Notes under the pieces: model-generated
The model's input: the letters and a program-made list of their open reading frames with translations, nothing else
What the model was told of the DNA's origin: nothing
Databases searched by the model: none
Assembly (NCBI GenBank): GCA_963675665.1
Contig: OY776510.1
Coordinates: 2,912,001-2,976,000, forward strand
DNA: 64,000 bases
Origin: Spirochaetia bacterium
GTDB lineage: Bacteria > Spirochaetota > Spirochaetia > UBA9216
Direction: 5' to 3'
Made by a program: the position numbers and the translations under genes
Shown here: in pieces, positions 29,255 through 40,031 of the stretch
Numbering within the stretch: the first letter of the stretch is position 1
Layout: each line of letters starts with the position of its first letter

Positions 29255-31018
29255 TTAGTTTTTCTCCTCACATTTTTCAAGTTCACTGTAAATTTCAAGG
29301 TTTAGTTGTCTTATCAGTTGTTCGTCCATTTTAAGAACATTGCGATCATAGGTATAAAAACCGTTTGTTTCAATTTCTACATCGCTAAGCTGGGTATAGA
29401 CTGCTGCCGAAAGGCCTTTGCTTATCAGGGGAATTAACTGTTTTTGTATAAGTTTTTTATACGCTTTTTCAAGGGCTTCTTTATTTTTGAATGAACGGTA
29501 CCCGAATTTCTTTTTCTCGTTCCATAAATGCCCTTTCACAGAAAGATTATATCCTCCGTATTCCGATATAAAATAGGCTCGGCTTTCAGAAGCATGCGGT
29601 TTTTTTAATCTGATAGAATAGATGTGTCTGCTGCAGAAGTCTCCGCCGCCCTGATCAAACCAGCCTGAAGCATTATCTATTGTCCTTGAATTGTCCGCTC
29701 GTCTTATTAATTGTTCAATTCGGTTTGAGTCAAACTGTCCCCAGCTTTCATTGAATGGTATCCACATGATGATGGACGGATGATTATAAAGATGAGTTAT
29801 CATTTCTTCCAGTTCCGATTCAAAGCTCTTGCGGTTTTGTGCTTCCACTCTTCCTGCTTTACGATATGATCTTTTCCCGGTGTCGCTTAAATGCTTGTTG
29901 CAAACCATTGTCGCCACAGTTCCCGGAAGTCCGACCATATTTTTCCCTCCGGAGACAGCATCCTGCATTACAAGTATTCCCAGACGATCGGCATGAAAAT
30001 ACCAGCGCCTGGGTTCAATTTTGATATGTTTGCGCAGAGAGTTGAAGCCGAGTTTTTTCATTTGCATGATATCAAATATCATTGCCTCGTCTGAAGGCGG
30101 GGTCATTCCCGTTTCAGGCCAGTATCCCTGGTCGAGAGCGGCGTGAAGGAAAATGGGTTTATCATTTAAAAAAAAACGCTTTTTACCGGAAGCTCCGTCA
30201 GATACATTTATTTTTCTGAGGGCAAAATAACTTTCAATGCTGTCGCCGTCAGGTTCTGAAAGCCGAATATTGAGATCGTAAAGAACCGGTGAATCAGGCT
30301 CCCAGAGGCATACTTTACTTAACTGCAGCTTTGAAGGAATATCAGATTCCAGGAGCTCATTAATTATAAGCTTTCTGTTGAGGCTGATTTCTGCTACGGC
30401 TTTGGCAGGAACGGCTGTATTAAGTACAAGTTCAATACTGCCGCTGTCGATGTCCGGGGTAATCCTGCAGGAAATAATATGATTGCTTTCAGGTACGGCT
30501 TCAAGCCAGACTGTCTGCCATATTCCGCTGGTGGCTGTATAATAGATCTTCTGTGGATTAAGCACCTGTTTGCCACGCTGCTGAAAACCTGAATCAGTAG
30601 GGTCTTCAACTTCCACAACTATTTCATTCAGTCCAGGTTTGGCATATTCAGTAATATCAATGTTGAAGGGTAAATAGCCGCCTTCATGTGAACCTGCATC
30701 GGTACCGTTTATGAAAGCCCTGCATTTCCAGTCGACAGCCTCGAAATTCAACAGAAGCCTTTTTTTGATCCAGTTGTCCGGAATTGAAAAAACTTTCCGG
30801 TACCTGATTTTTTCATCCGGTTTCAAGCCTTTGTTTACACCCGAAGCCCTGGTTTCAACAGCAAACGGCACAATTATTGTTTCGTAATCAACTGAAAATT
30901 CCCCGTTTTTACTGATAATGCTGTATTCCCATTCTCCGTTAAGGCAAAGCCAGTTTTCCCTGACCAATTGCGGCCGGGGATATTCAGGTAACGGTATAGC
31001 GGTTATATGCTTGTTCAT
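29255..31018 (-). CDS. Glycoside hydrolase family 2
   Basis: EYPRPQ, FEAVDW, SGIWQTVWLE, LDQGYWP, RKHIK, WIPFNESWGQ and SEYGG motifs. Confidence 0.93.
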   Translation of the reverse strand: MNKHITAIPLPEYPRPQLVRENWLCLNGEWEYSIISKNGEFSVDYETIIVPFAVETRASGVNKGLKPDEKIRYRKVFSIPDNWIKKRLLLNFEAVDWKCRAFINGTDAGSHEGGYLPFNIDITEYAKPGLNEIVVEVEDPTDSGFQQRGKQVLNPQKIYYTATSGIWQTVWLEAVPESNHIISCRITPDIDSGSIELVLNTAVPAKAVAEISLNRKLIINELLESDIPSKLQLSKVCLWEPDSPVLYDLNIRLSEPDGDSIESYFALRKINVSDGASGKKRFFLNDKPIFLHAALDQGYWPETGMTPPSDEAMIFDIMQMKKLGFNSLRKHIKIEPRRWYFHADRLGILVMQDAVSGGKNMVGLPGTVATMVCNKHLSDTGKRSYRKAGRVEAQNRKSFESELEEMITHLYNHPSIIMWIPFNESWGQFDSNRIEQLIRRADNSRTIDNASGWFDQGGGDFCSRHIYSIRLKKPHASESRAYFISEYGGYNLSVKGHLWNEKKKFGYRSFKNKEALEKAYKKLIQKQLIPLISKGLSAAVYTQLSDVEIETNGFYTYDRNVLKMDEQLIRQLNLEIYSELEKCEEKN

Positions 31019-31048
31019 TTTGCTTTCCCTGTTTATTGCATTTATGAA

Positions 31049-32338
31049 TTATTCTGCCAAAATCAAATTGGCTTTCTTCAGAAACTGTTCTGCACCTTCA
31101 AGCGCAGTAATATCTTCGTCAATAATATTTACCGATATTTCAAGAAGAAGTTTCTTTACCAAATCACTTTTTGGAGGATCAGGAGGGTAAATATCGCTGG
31201 AATTCCCGTCTGCAACAAGTGAAATATAATCAAAAACAGGTTTAAGGCAGGATGATACATTTTCCCTGACGATAAATTTTATTTCCGTGTTAACCGGTAC
31301 TCCCCGCTCGCCCAGAAGTATATTATTAGCATCAGGATTGTTTATAAAGAAATTAATGAACTCGGCGCTTTCATTCTGATTATCGGAATTTGACGTTATA
31401 GAAAAGAATTGCGACGGTTTTAAATATGTTCCGGCTTGTCTGGGATTCTGAATTCTTGGAAGTAAAAAGAGTTCTACAGGATGATCCAATAAAGTACAGA
31501 AGGCCGGGTATGAATTGCTCCAGATATAAAAAATCCAGCTTCGACCCTGAAGAAATTCTTCTATTCCATTTTGGTTTTCTTGAATGTATTTCTTATAAAC
31601 ATCGGAAAGGACCCCGGCTTTTTTCAGTCTCAATTGAAGTTCAAAGTAGTATACGAGAATATCAGTCTGATTAAAACCCAGAGATTTTCCGTCTTTACTG
31701 TAAAGTGAATAACCGTTCTGCTTGAGTATATTAAGAAACGTCATATCTGAGACTCCGGAGAAGAACGGAAGAGTTTTTACTCCGGTTGTTTCAAATATCA
31801 CGATGGAATAATCAGTCAGCTCGTCCCAAGTCCAGTTTATATCCGGTTTCTCAATTCCTGCTTTTTCAAGTATTGCCGGATCGTAAATGACGGAAGGAGC
31901 ATTTGTGCCCAGATTTATTCCATAAATTTTATTATCAATACGCCCTGAATCCAGAAAAGCAGAGGGGATATTGGAAACGTCTATTATACCGTTTTCTATA
32001 AACGGATCCAGTTCAATAATCGTTCCGTTCTTTACGTCACGATTCAGATATGCATAATCTTCCTGAATGATGTCGCATGATTCTTCACCTGAAGAAATTT
32101 TATCAATAAACGGCCAATAATCATGCCAGCTGAATGTTTTAAATTCTATTTCTTTATTATTATGCAATTGCTGATATAATTCGATCACCTTTTCAGTTCT
32201 TTCATCTCTTAATGTTGTTCCCCACCAGCATATGGTTAACGGCTTGTCATTAACTTTTTTATTCGTAATTACAAAAAAGAAAATAAGAATTAATAAAATG
32301 AAAATCATTAAAGAAATCAGAATAATTTTCTTATTCAT
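31049..32338 (-). CDS. Extracellular sugar-binding protein (family 1)
   Basis: WWG...R, DIIQ, YGINLGTN, YLKPSQ and GERGVP motifs; N-terminal hydrophobic anchor. Confidence 0.85.
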   Translation of the reverse strand: MNKKIILISLMIFILLILIFFFVITNKKVNDKPLTICWWGTTLRDERTEKVIELYQQLHNNKEIEFKTFSWHDYWPFIDKISSGEESCDIIQEDYAYLNRDVKNGTIIELDPFIENGIIDVSNIPSAFLDSGRIDNKIYGINLGTNAPSVIYDPAILEKAGIEKPDINWTWDELTDYSIVIFETTGVKTLPFFSGVSDMTFLNILKQNGYSLYSKDGKSLGFNQTDILVYYFELQLRLKKAGVLSDVYKKYIQENQNGIEEFLQGRSWIFYIWSNSYPAFCTLLDHPVELFLLPRIQNPRQAGTYLKPSQFFSITSNSDNQNESAEFINFFINNPDANNILLGERGVPVNTEIKFIVRENVSSCLKPVFDYISLVADGNSSDIYPPDPPKSDLVKKLLLEISVNIIDEDITALEGAEQFLKKANLILAE

Positions 32339-34052
32339 AATGTTCTTCTTTAGAATTATTAAAGAAAGTGATAATTACGACGCTTCCTGAATGATTTTGT
32401 ATAGTTATTTCTCCTCCAATCTGATTTACAAGGTTTTTTACAAGCAATAGTCCGAATGATTCTGTGCTGTCAATATCCAGGGCCGGAGGGAAGCCCGGGC
32501 CATTATCTTTTATTGTCACAGTTATCTTTTTATTCATGCTTTCTATCTTTAAATACAGTTCGCAGGATCCGTCTGCAGATCTTCCATGTTGTGCAGAATT
32601 TATAATAAGTTCGTTTAAAATAAGGGACAGACTGGTTGCAAGTTCAAGGTTTATATTAAGATGCGGGTAACTGATATTGCTCTTTATATAAGGATACATT
32701 TCCATAATATATGAAAAGATACTTTTAATTAATAAATTTACTTCAATTCTTGCTAATGATTCCGACAGAAAAAGCGATTCATATATGCTTGACATGGCAT
32801 TTATTCTGCTTTCAAGTTGTCTGGAGAATAAACCTATATCGCTATAATTTCCCTTTTCAATATTGATCAGGCTGAGAATCATTTGAAGATTGTTTTTAAC
32901 CCGGTGATGTATTTCTTTCAGCAGGGTATCTTTTTCATATAATGCAGAATTAAGTTCTTTTTCATAAATGTCCCTTTCCCTGTTTCTTTTCTCAAGGGTG
33001 CCGGTCATGTCGTTTATTGCAAATGAAACTTCTTTAATCTCCTTCGGCATATTTTCAGGATCTATCCGGGTAGAAAAATCACCGGATTGAATACTTTTTA
33101 AAGAATAAATCAATTTTGCGAGTGATTTACCAATCAGAAGATAGCCTAGTATACTTGAAATAAACAAACTGCCGATTGCAGTTAATATTAACAGCAAAAC
33201 GCTTTTTAAAATGCTCTGTTTAATCGGCGTTACAAGTTCTGATTCACTGGTTTCCAGAAGCATGAAAAGGTAAGGGGACTGTGTGTCGGTCAGTCGTATT
33301 TTTTTATAGACTATTCTCGCTTTTTCTGTGCTTTTCATTTCAAGCTTGCCGGTATCAGGACCGGCCTCGATAGCCTCAAGGGTTTTTAAATCAATCATTG
33401 TACGGGTCTTCTCAGCTTCTTCATTTGATGAACAGAATATTCTGACGCCGTTGTTATCAGTTAAAATAAATCTGAAACGTTTTGTTTCATTCAGTTTATC
33501 GCTGAGCTTCTCATATGAGGATAGTGAGTAGATAACTGAAACACAGCCGGTTGGTTCGCCTTTACTGTTACGCAAGGTTATTGCATAAGCCAGTCGCGGT
33601 GCGCTGTTTATTTCAGCATAAAAAATGCCTGCCGTAAAACCGTTTCCGTCAAGTGCGGATTTTATAAAAGAATAATCTGAAAGCGTTGTTCGCGAATCTT
33701 CGTAGCCGGAATAAATAATCTTTCCGGTTTTATCAATCAGGTAAATATTCATATATTCCGGGTTCCGCCATAATACTTCCTTCAACAGGTATTGTTTGGA
33801 TAGCGGCTTTGTATCTTCAATTGCAAGCAGGACTGCCAAAGTCGACAGCGTTTGATATGTTGATGCATTTATTGTTTCCTGAACATAAGAAGTAAAATCA
33901 AGCTGTCTGAAGGCTTCATTTTCGATTTCCCGGGAAATTTTTTTTACATTCTCCACACCTATACGGGATATTACTATAAGCGAAGGGCCTATAGAAATAA
34001 TGATTATAATTAAAAATATTTTTATGAATGAAGCTCCAGGGAAACGGTCCAT
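32331..34052 (-). CDS. Sensor histidine kinase (Cache-HAMP-HisKA_2-HATPase)
   Basis: Two TM helices, EIHHRVKNNLQ, NELIIN and DNGPGF motifs. Confidence 0.92.
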   Translation of the reverse strand: MDRFPGASFIKIFLIIIIISIGPSLIVISRIGVENVKKISREIENEAFRQLDFTSYVQETINASTYQTLSTLAVLLAIEDTKPLSKQYLLKEVLWRNPEYMNIYLIDKTGKIIYSGYEDSRTTLSDYSFIKSALDGNGFTAGIFYAEINSAPRLAYAITLRNSKGEPTGCVSVIYSLSSYEKLSDKLNETKRFRFILTDNNGVRIFCSSNEEAEKTRTMIDLKTLEAIEAGPDTGKLEMKSTEKARIVYKKIRLTDTQSPYLFMLLETSESELVTPIKQSILKSVLLLILTAIGSLFISSILGYLLIGKSLAKLIYSLKSIQSGDFSTRIDPENMPKEIKEVSFAINDMTGTLEKRNRERDIYEKELNSALYEKDTLLKEIHHRVKNNLQMILSLINIEKGNYSDIGLFSRQLESRINAMSSIYESLFLSESLARIEVNLLIKSIFSYIMEMYPYIKSNISYPHLNINLELATSLSLILNELIINSAQHGRSADGSCELYLKIESMNKKITVTIKDNGPGFPPALDIDSTESFGLLLVKNLVNQIGGEITIQNHSGSVVIITFFNNSKEEHYE

Positions 34053-34144
34053 ATCGAATCAATTATATTATAACTGCTGATAAAGTCAAAAAGAAAAAAT
34101 TATTGTTATTATTGTTTAAGATTGCATTTGCAGCAATAAGGATG

Positions 34145-35097
34145 TTACCATGCCGTAAAATCAAAATCGGATTCGAGGTTTGATTCGATATTTTCTTCGA
34201 GCATAAAGAAAAAATCAATTCCGGTAATTTCTTCGACTTCATCTACGGAAACCGAAAATTCCGACAATGGTTTATTTGAAGGTTTATTGGGCAAGATAAA
34301 TCCTATTGCCTTTTTCTCCGGGCCGAAATAATCAAGGATTACCTTAAAATAATAGTCAGGCACGCTTACATTGTTTTACCGATTTTATTGAAAAGTCCCC
34401 CGGTAAGTACCGGTCCGGTTACAACATAAATTTCAAAATTCTCCACAACCTTTGTCCTTACCCAGCTTTCAAGTTCTTTCCATATCCCCCGGTTAAACCC
34501 AGGCGCCTGCGGGCTCATGTTGGATAAATAGAAAGAATCGCTGATTGATTCGGAAGACCATTTAAGATCAGCTGCAGGAGCAAGATGCCCTCTGTCGTAT
34601 CCAGATCCTTTATAATCGGACAACTCGGCCGAACCTGTTAGTATCTCAGGATCCGCCCTGAAATTGTCGGTACGATCATGCTCACCTTCTGTTTCGTCAC
34701 ATGTTAACAGGTAAGCAACCCACAACGCCTGTTCGTCGGCTTCACTGTATAAAAGCGAATATCCATGATGATGAATTATTGCGGCAGTATTTTTACAGTA
34801 GGGTAAAGCAAGTTCTTCAAACCCGTATGACTGAAAGACCAAGGGTTTGCCTTCATATTCATTAACAGATGTTGCGTCGGGCGGTTTGCACCGCAGGCAG
34901 GGTTCATACCCGCGGCTAATGGCTTCAGCGAGATCTACAGGAATACCGTTTCCCTTTAAAACTGGGCATTCTTCACGGTGGTATTTTGAACCGGATTTTG
35001 TAATAAAAACAGTTATTTCTTCAGAAAAGCAAATATTTGAAAGGACAGGAATCAGAAGCAGAGCAATAATATATCTTTTGTATAAGCCGATTTTCAT
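34145..35097 (-). pseudogene. DNA/RNA non-specific endonuclease with an N-terminal Ada-like Cys/His module, frameshifted near 34375
   Basis: Signal peptide, KYHREEC...CLRC, YDRGHLAPA and NMSPQ. Adding one A to GGTAAAACAAT restores GKNNVSVPDYYFKV and joins the two ORFs. Confidence 0.85.
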
Positions 35098-35154
35098 TTA
35101 TAACACATCATCCCTGAACAATTATACCAGTATTTATTAATATCAGGTATGGGT

Positions 35155-35760
35155 TTAATGATACAGGGTCAGTAATTGGTTTATTTTTTCCGGAATACTT
35201 TCACGCGGGGGCCTGTCTTCGAGCCATGTTGTGAATAACCCGAATATATAACCTCTGATAGTATGAAGAATCTCAAATGAAGAAAATTTATCTGAAAGCT
35301 GACCTGTTTTCTGGGCCCTTTTAATAACATCCTCAAGGCTTTTGTTTGCATCGCGATAGGTATCCAGAAAATGATTAATGGCAACAGAATCTTCACGATA
35401 ATCTTCGTCAATTACCATCGGGAAAACCTGTGTAAGGATAATATGCAAAAGAGGCATATTATCATAATAAAATTCCGTAATCATTATTACCATTTGTTTC
35501 AGTACAGAAATAGGATTGGTTTCAATATCCTTGAATCGAATATTGTCCAGCGTAAAGTCATGATACTCCTGGTCAAGTATTGTATCGATGATTTCGGGAA
35601 TGCTTTTAAAATAATAGTAAAGACTGCTTTTGTCCATATCTATTGCGTCGGCAATCGATGCCAGTGTGACCTGTTTCCCGTATTTAACAAATAATTCTTT
35701 AGCAGCATCAAGAATTAGTGTTTTTTTCTGTTCCAGCCGTGATTTTTTTGATGCTTTCAT
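35155..35760 (-). CDS. TetR/AcrR-family transcriptional regulator
   Basis: ILDAAKELF...IADAIDMDKSSLYYYFKS HTH; divergent from the catabolic operon. Confidence 0.92.
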   Translation of the reverse strand: MKASKKSRLEQKKTLILDAAKELFVKYGKQVTLASIADAIDMDKSSLYYYFKSIPEIIDTILDQEYHDFTLDNIRFKDIETNPISVLKQMVIMITEFYYDNMPLLHIILTQVFPMVIDEDYREDSVAINHFLDTYRDANKSLEDVIKRAQKTGQLSDKFSSFEILHTIRGYIFGLFTTWLEDRPPRESIPEKINQLLTLYH

Positions 35761-35931
35761 AAACCTGTCCGTTTAAAAATCCTGTATTCAGTATATAGCA
35801 CTCATTTTAGTATGGCAAGGTTCTTGACAAACAAACTGGAATAAAATTCTGAATATATGAAAAAATAATATTTCCAAAAAATATTCAAGAAGAAAATTTA
35901 ATAATATTTCAAAAAAATTTTGAAAAAAACA

Positions 35932-35966
35932 TTGACATAACGAATATACAATGTAAAATGTTCGTA
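35932..35966 (+). promoter_or_regulatory. Sigma70-type promoter with an overlapping imperfect inverted repeat (candidate TetR operator)
   Basis: TTGACA (35932-37), 16 nt, TAAAAT (35954-59); ACGAAtAT...ATgTTCGT dyad overlaps it. Confidence 0.5.
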
Positions 35967-35990
35967 TAGAAGTTCATAAGAGGTGAAATT

Positions 35991-37352
35991 TTGAATAGTA
36001 AAGGGAAAAACATACCAAGAAGCTATAAAACTGCTATGCCCTGTGCTGTAAGTGCAGAAGGGATTTATATATATGATGATGATGGAAAACGTTATATAGA
36101 CGGATGCTGCGGAGCTTTAATTTCCAATATCGGCGAATGCGTACCGGAAGTGGTGGACGCAATAAGTGAGCAGCTTCGCACGCTGAATTTTGCTCATCCG
36201 TCAAGATGGCGGAATACTTCAACCGAAGGAGCTGCTGAAGAACTGGCGGAGCTTCTGCCTGATGATCTTAATAATGTCTGGTTTGTCAGCGGCGGAAGTG
36301 AAGCGAATGAATCAGCCGTCAAACTTGCCCGGCAATATTATACAGAACGGGACGGAAAGGGTTCTTCCAAAAATGAAATCATAGGTCGATGGAATTCCTA
36401 TCACGGCGCAACACTGGGATGTATGGCAATAGCCGGAAATATGTCGAGAAGAAGAACATTTGCCCAAATGTTTAAAGAGCATTCGAAAATTGAAACTCAT
36501 TATTGCTACCGATGCCCGTATGGTCTTGAATATCCGAAATGTAAAATAAAATGTGCATATGAGCTTGAGGATACCGTGAATCGTATTGGTGCAGAGTCGA
36601 TTGCAGCTTTTATTGCAGAGCCGATTGTCGGTTCAAGCATAGGGGCTTTAACTCCGCCTGATGAATACTGGCCTGTCGTACGTAAAATATGCAGCGATAA
36701 CGATATTTTGCTTATTGCCGATGAGGTTATGACCGGTATGGGTCGGACGGGTAAGGCTTTCTGTGTTGAGCACTGGAATGTCACTCCCGATATAATGACT
36801 TCGGCAAAGGGGCTTGCCGCAGGGTATATACCTGCAGGCGCGGTGTTCGCCCCGGATTATATAATGAACGTAATAAAGGCCGGCAGCGGAAGTTTTGCAA
36901 ACGGATATACATATAACGGCAATCCGGTTGCGTGTGCAGCGATATCGGCAGTAGCCAGGTATATAAAAAAGAACAGGCTTATAGAAAACGCAGCCCGTCA
37001 GGGGGAGATTCTTGCGAATGAACTGGTGAAGCTGAAAAGTCTGCCGATAGTCGGGGATATCCGTGGTCTGGGGTTGATGAGGGGCATTGAAATTGTTGCT
37101 GATGCTTCAACCAGGGAGCCTTTTCCAGCCGGGCTGCATGCTTCTTCCATGATTGCCCAGGAATGTATGAAAAGGGGACTTGTGATATATCCTTCGGGCG
37201 GTATGGTAAACGGAGGTACCCGGGGGGACAATTTCCTTATTGCTCCCGCCTTGATTGTAACGGAAGAACAAATCGTTGAAATTGTGGAAATACTGTATGA
37301 GAGCCTTAAGACGGTATCGGAGCGTTTGCTTGCCGGAAAAGCAGCAGTGTAA
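35991..37352 (+). CDS. Class III PLP aminotransferase (YodT-like)
   Basis: SGGSEANE, SYHGAT, FIAEP, DEVMTGMGRTG and SAKG motifs; TTG start after GAGGTG. Confidence 0.92.
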   Translation: MNSKGKNIPRSYKTAMPCAVSAEGIYIYDDDGKRYIDGCCGALISNIGECVPEVVDAISEQLRTLNFAHPSRWRNTSTEGAAEELAELLPDDLNNVWFVSGGSEANESAVKLARQYYTERDGKGSSKNEIIGRWNSYHGATLGCMAIAGNMSRRRTFAQMFKEHSKIETHYCYRCPYGLEYPKCKIKCAYELEDTVNRIGAESIAAFIAEPIVGSSIGALTPPDEYWPVVRKICSDNDILLIADEVMTGMGRTGKAFCVEHWNVTPDIMTSAKGLAAGYIPAGAVFAPDYIMNVIKAGSGSFANGYTYNGNPVACAAISAVARYIKKNRLIENAARQGEILANELVKLKSLPIVGDIRGLGLMRGIEIVADASTREPFPAGLHASSMIAQECMKRGLVIYPSGGMVNGGTRGDNFLIAPALIVTEEQIVEIVEILYESLKTVSERLLAGKAAV

Positions 37353-37392
37353 CATCCGGGGTATGAGCTTACTTGCAGAGGAGTTAATGTAA

Positions 37393-38082
37393 ATGGCAAA
37401 GAAAAGAATAAAACCGGTATTAACAGCAAAAGATGCGGTAAAGTGCATCTCCAGCGGTGCAACCATTATGGTCGGTGGTTTTAATTACGGAGGCATTCCC
37501 TATAGTCTGATTAAGGCGCTGGTAGAATCTGAAGTTAATGATCTCACTTTAATAAGCAATGACACAGCATATGAAGATGTTGGACAGGGATCGCTTGTTA
37601 AAAACGGCCAGGTTAAGAAGGTTATTGCTTCTCACATCGGCCTGAACAGGGCAACACAGAATTTATACAATGAGCATAAAATTGATCTGGAATTGATTCC
37701 CCAGGGAACTTTTGTAGAAAAAATACGGGCCGGCGGATTCGGGTTGGGCGGGTTTTTAACGCCGACGGGTATAGGAACTGAAGCTCAGAACGGAAAACAG
37801 CTTATTGATGTCGGAGGAAGAGAATATATTCTTGAACTTCCTATGGTCGCCGATGTTTCATTGATCCGCGCTTATAAAGCGGATCAGAACGGGAACCTTA
37901 TCTATTTTGGTACCAACCGGAATTTCAACCCGACAATGGCCACCGCCGGAAAGATTGTTATAGCAGAGGTTGATGATATTGTGGTTTCCGGTGAGATCAA
38001 TCCCAATGATGTTGTGACGCCCGGAATTCTGATCGATTATCTGGTCTTGAAGGAGGACACCTATTATGCTTCCCGTACTTGA
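37393..38082 (+). CDS. 3-oxoacid CoA-transferase subunit A
   Basis: MVGGF, PQGTFVEKIRAGG and RNFNP motifs. Confidence 0.93.
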   Translation: MAKKRIKPVLTAKDAVKCISSGATIMVGGFNYGGIPYSLIKALVESEVNDLTLISNDTAYEDVGQGSLVKNGQVKKVIASHIGLNRATQNLYNEHKIDLELIPQGTFVEKIRAGGFGLGGFLTPTGIGTEAQNGKQLIDVGGREYILELPMVADVSLIRAYKADQNGNLIYFGTNRNFNPTMATAGKIVIAEVDDIVVSGEINPNDVVTPGILIDYLVLKEDTYYASRT

Positions 38083-38746
38083 TGAAGAAAAAGTCCGAAA
38101 TAGAATTGCAAAGAGAATAGCGCTGGAATTTGATGACGGTGATGTTGTCAATCTGGGCATAGGTATTCCCACCCTTGTATCCGATTATATTCCAACCGGT
38201 ATTGAAGTAGTATTTCAAACGGAAAACGGCGTCGTCGGGGCCGGTCCGAAACCTGAAGTTGACGACTGGCGTTTTATCGGTGCCGGAGGCAGGTGTCTTA
38301 CACTGCTGCCCGGTTCGGCTCTGGTGTCAAGCGAAGTCAGTTTCGGTTTAATCAGGGGAGGGCACATTGATTACACAGTGCTGGGAGCTCTGCAGGTAGA
38401 TGAAAAGGCTAATCTGGCCAGCTGGTGGATTCCCGGAAAACTTATTCCCGGTATGGGCGGCTCAATGGATCTCGTAACCGGCGTAAAAAATGTAATTATC
38501 GCCACAAGCCATGTCAATAAAAAGGGAGAAGCAAAGATTGTTAAAGATTGCAGCTTCCCGCTTACGGGAGTCGGCGTGGTAAGCATGATCGTAACGGAAT
38601 ACGCTGTAATGAGATTTATCGAAAGCAAGCTGGTTTTGTCTGAACTTGCGCCCGGAGTTACCGTAGAAGATCTCCGTGGGAGTACAACTGCGGAATTCGA
38701 AATTGCTAAAGAAATAATAATCATGAAAGGATGCGAAGATGAGTGA
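38066..38746 (+). CDS. 3-oxoacid CoA-transferase subunit B
   Basis: VNLGIGIPT, catalytic QTENG and GMGGSMDL motifs. Confidence 0.93.
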   Translation: MLPVLDEEKVRNRIAKRIALEFDDGDVVNLGIGIPTLVSDYIPTGIEVVFQTENGVVGAGPKPEVDDWRFIGAGGRCLTLLPGSALVSSEVSFGLIRGGHIDYTVLGALQVDEKANLASWWIPGKLIPGMGGSMDLVTGVKNVIIATSHVNKKGEAKIVKDCSFPLTGVGVVSMIVTEYAVMRFIESKLVLSELAPGVTVEDLRGSTTAEFEIAKEIIIMKGCEDE

Positions 38747-39938
38747 GGCCGAAATAAAGGTGAAACCTGTAATTCTAAGCGCCTGCAGAACTCCCGGGGG
38801 AAAGTACGGAGGCACTCTGCAGAATGAAAAAGCTCCCGGGCTCGGCGCTCTGGTTTTAAAGGAAGCTCTGAAAAGGTCCGGTGTACCGGCGGAAAATATA
38901 TCCGAGATAGTAATGGGCAACGGCTGGCAGGCCGGTATAGGTGCCAATCCTGCAAGAATTGCAGGATGGAAAAGCGAAGTGCTTTCGGAAGTTCCGGCTG
39001 TCACTTTAAATAAGCGCTGCGGTTCCGGATTGCGATCTGTAATGCTGATAGCCGACCGTATCAGGCTTGGTGATATTAATGCAGGTATCGGCGGGGGGAT
39101 GGAAAGCGCCAGCAATGTGCCCTATATACTTCCTGAAGCAAGATGGGGGCACAGGATGGGCGATAAAACCACCCTGGATATTCTTCATAAGGACGGTTTT
39201 TTCTGTCCGTTATCAGAGATGATGATGGGCAATACAGCTGAAATACTTGCCGAAGAATACCATATCAGCAGAAGCGAACAGGATCTTTTTGCTTTGCGAA
39301 GTCACAGGAATGCCGTAGCGGCAATTGAGCAGGGCAAATTCCATAATGAAATCGTACCGGTTCATATAAAAAACAGAAAACAGGAATTTGATTTCGATAC
39401 AGACGAGATCCCCAGAAGCGATACTACGGAAGAAAAGCTTGCAAAACTGCCGACTATTTTTCAGGCCGACGGCACTGTTACCGCAGGAACAAGTTCGGCC
39501 CTGTGCGATGGAGCAAGCGCACTTGTCCTTGCGGCCCCTGATTGGGCGCAGGAAAGGGGACATAAACCAATGGCTGAAATCCTGGGTTATGCGTCTGCAA
39601 CGGTTCCTCCCGATCATATGGGTATAGGCCCGGTTGAAGCTGTTCCGAAAGCCTTGAAAATGGCAGGACTGAGCCTTGCCGATGTTGATCTGATTGAACT
39701 GAATGAAGCTTTTGCTGTTCAGGTATTGGCGGTTCAGCGGGAACTTTCATTTGATATGGATAAATGTAATATATACGGCGGCGCAATAGCCCTTGGACAC
39801 CCGATTGGCGCCACAGGAGCAAAAATACTGACAACTCTTACATATGCGCTTCAGAGTGAAGATAAGGAGATCGGTTTGGCAACTGCATGCATAGGAGGCG
39901 GTCAGGGTGTTGCCATGGTAATAAGAAGATTGAATTAA
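38739..39938 (+). CDS. Thiolase (acetyl-CoA C-acyltransferase)
   Basis: NKRCGSG, NEAF, GHPIGATG and CIGGGQG motifs. Confidence 0.95.
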   Translation: MSEAEIKVKPVILSACRTPGGKYGGTLQNEKAPGLGALVLKEALKRSGVPAENISEIVMGNGWQAGIGANPARIAGWKSEVLSEVPAVTLNKRCGSGLRSVMLIADRIRLGDINAGIGGGMESASNVPYILPEARWGHRMGDKTTLDILHKDGFFCPLSEMMMGNTAEILAEEYHISRSEQDLFALRSHRNAVAAIEQGKFHNEIVPVHIKNRKQEFDFDTDEIPRSDTTEEKLAKLPTIFQADGTVTAGTSSALCDGASALVLAAPDWAQERGHKPMAEILGYASATVPPDHMGIGPVEAVPKALKMAGLSLADVDLIELNEAFAVQVLAVQRELSFDMDKCNIYGGAIALGHPIGATGAKILTTLTYALQSEDKEIGLATACIGGGQGVAMVIRRLN

Positions 39939-40031
39939 ATATTTAGAAGCCTCCTTAAAGGTTGAAACATGAATTTGAGAATAGGCAGGCAGAAGAATCT
40001 AATATTTATATAAAAGCTACAGGAGGATTTT

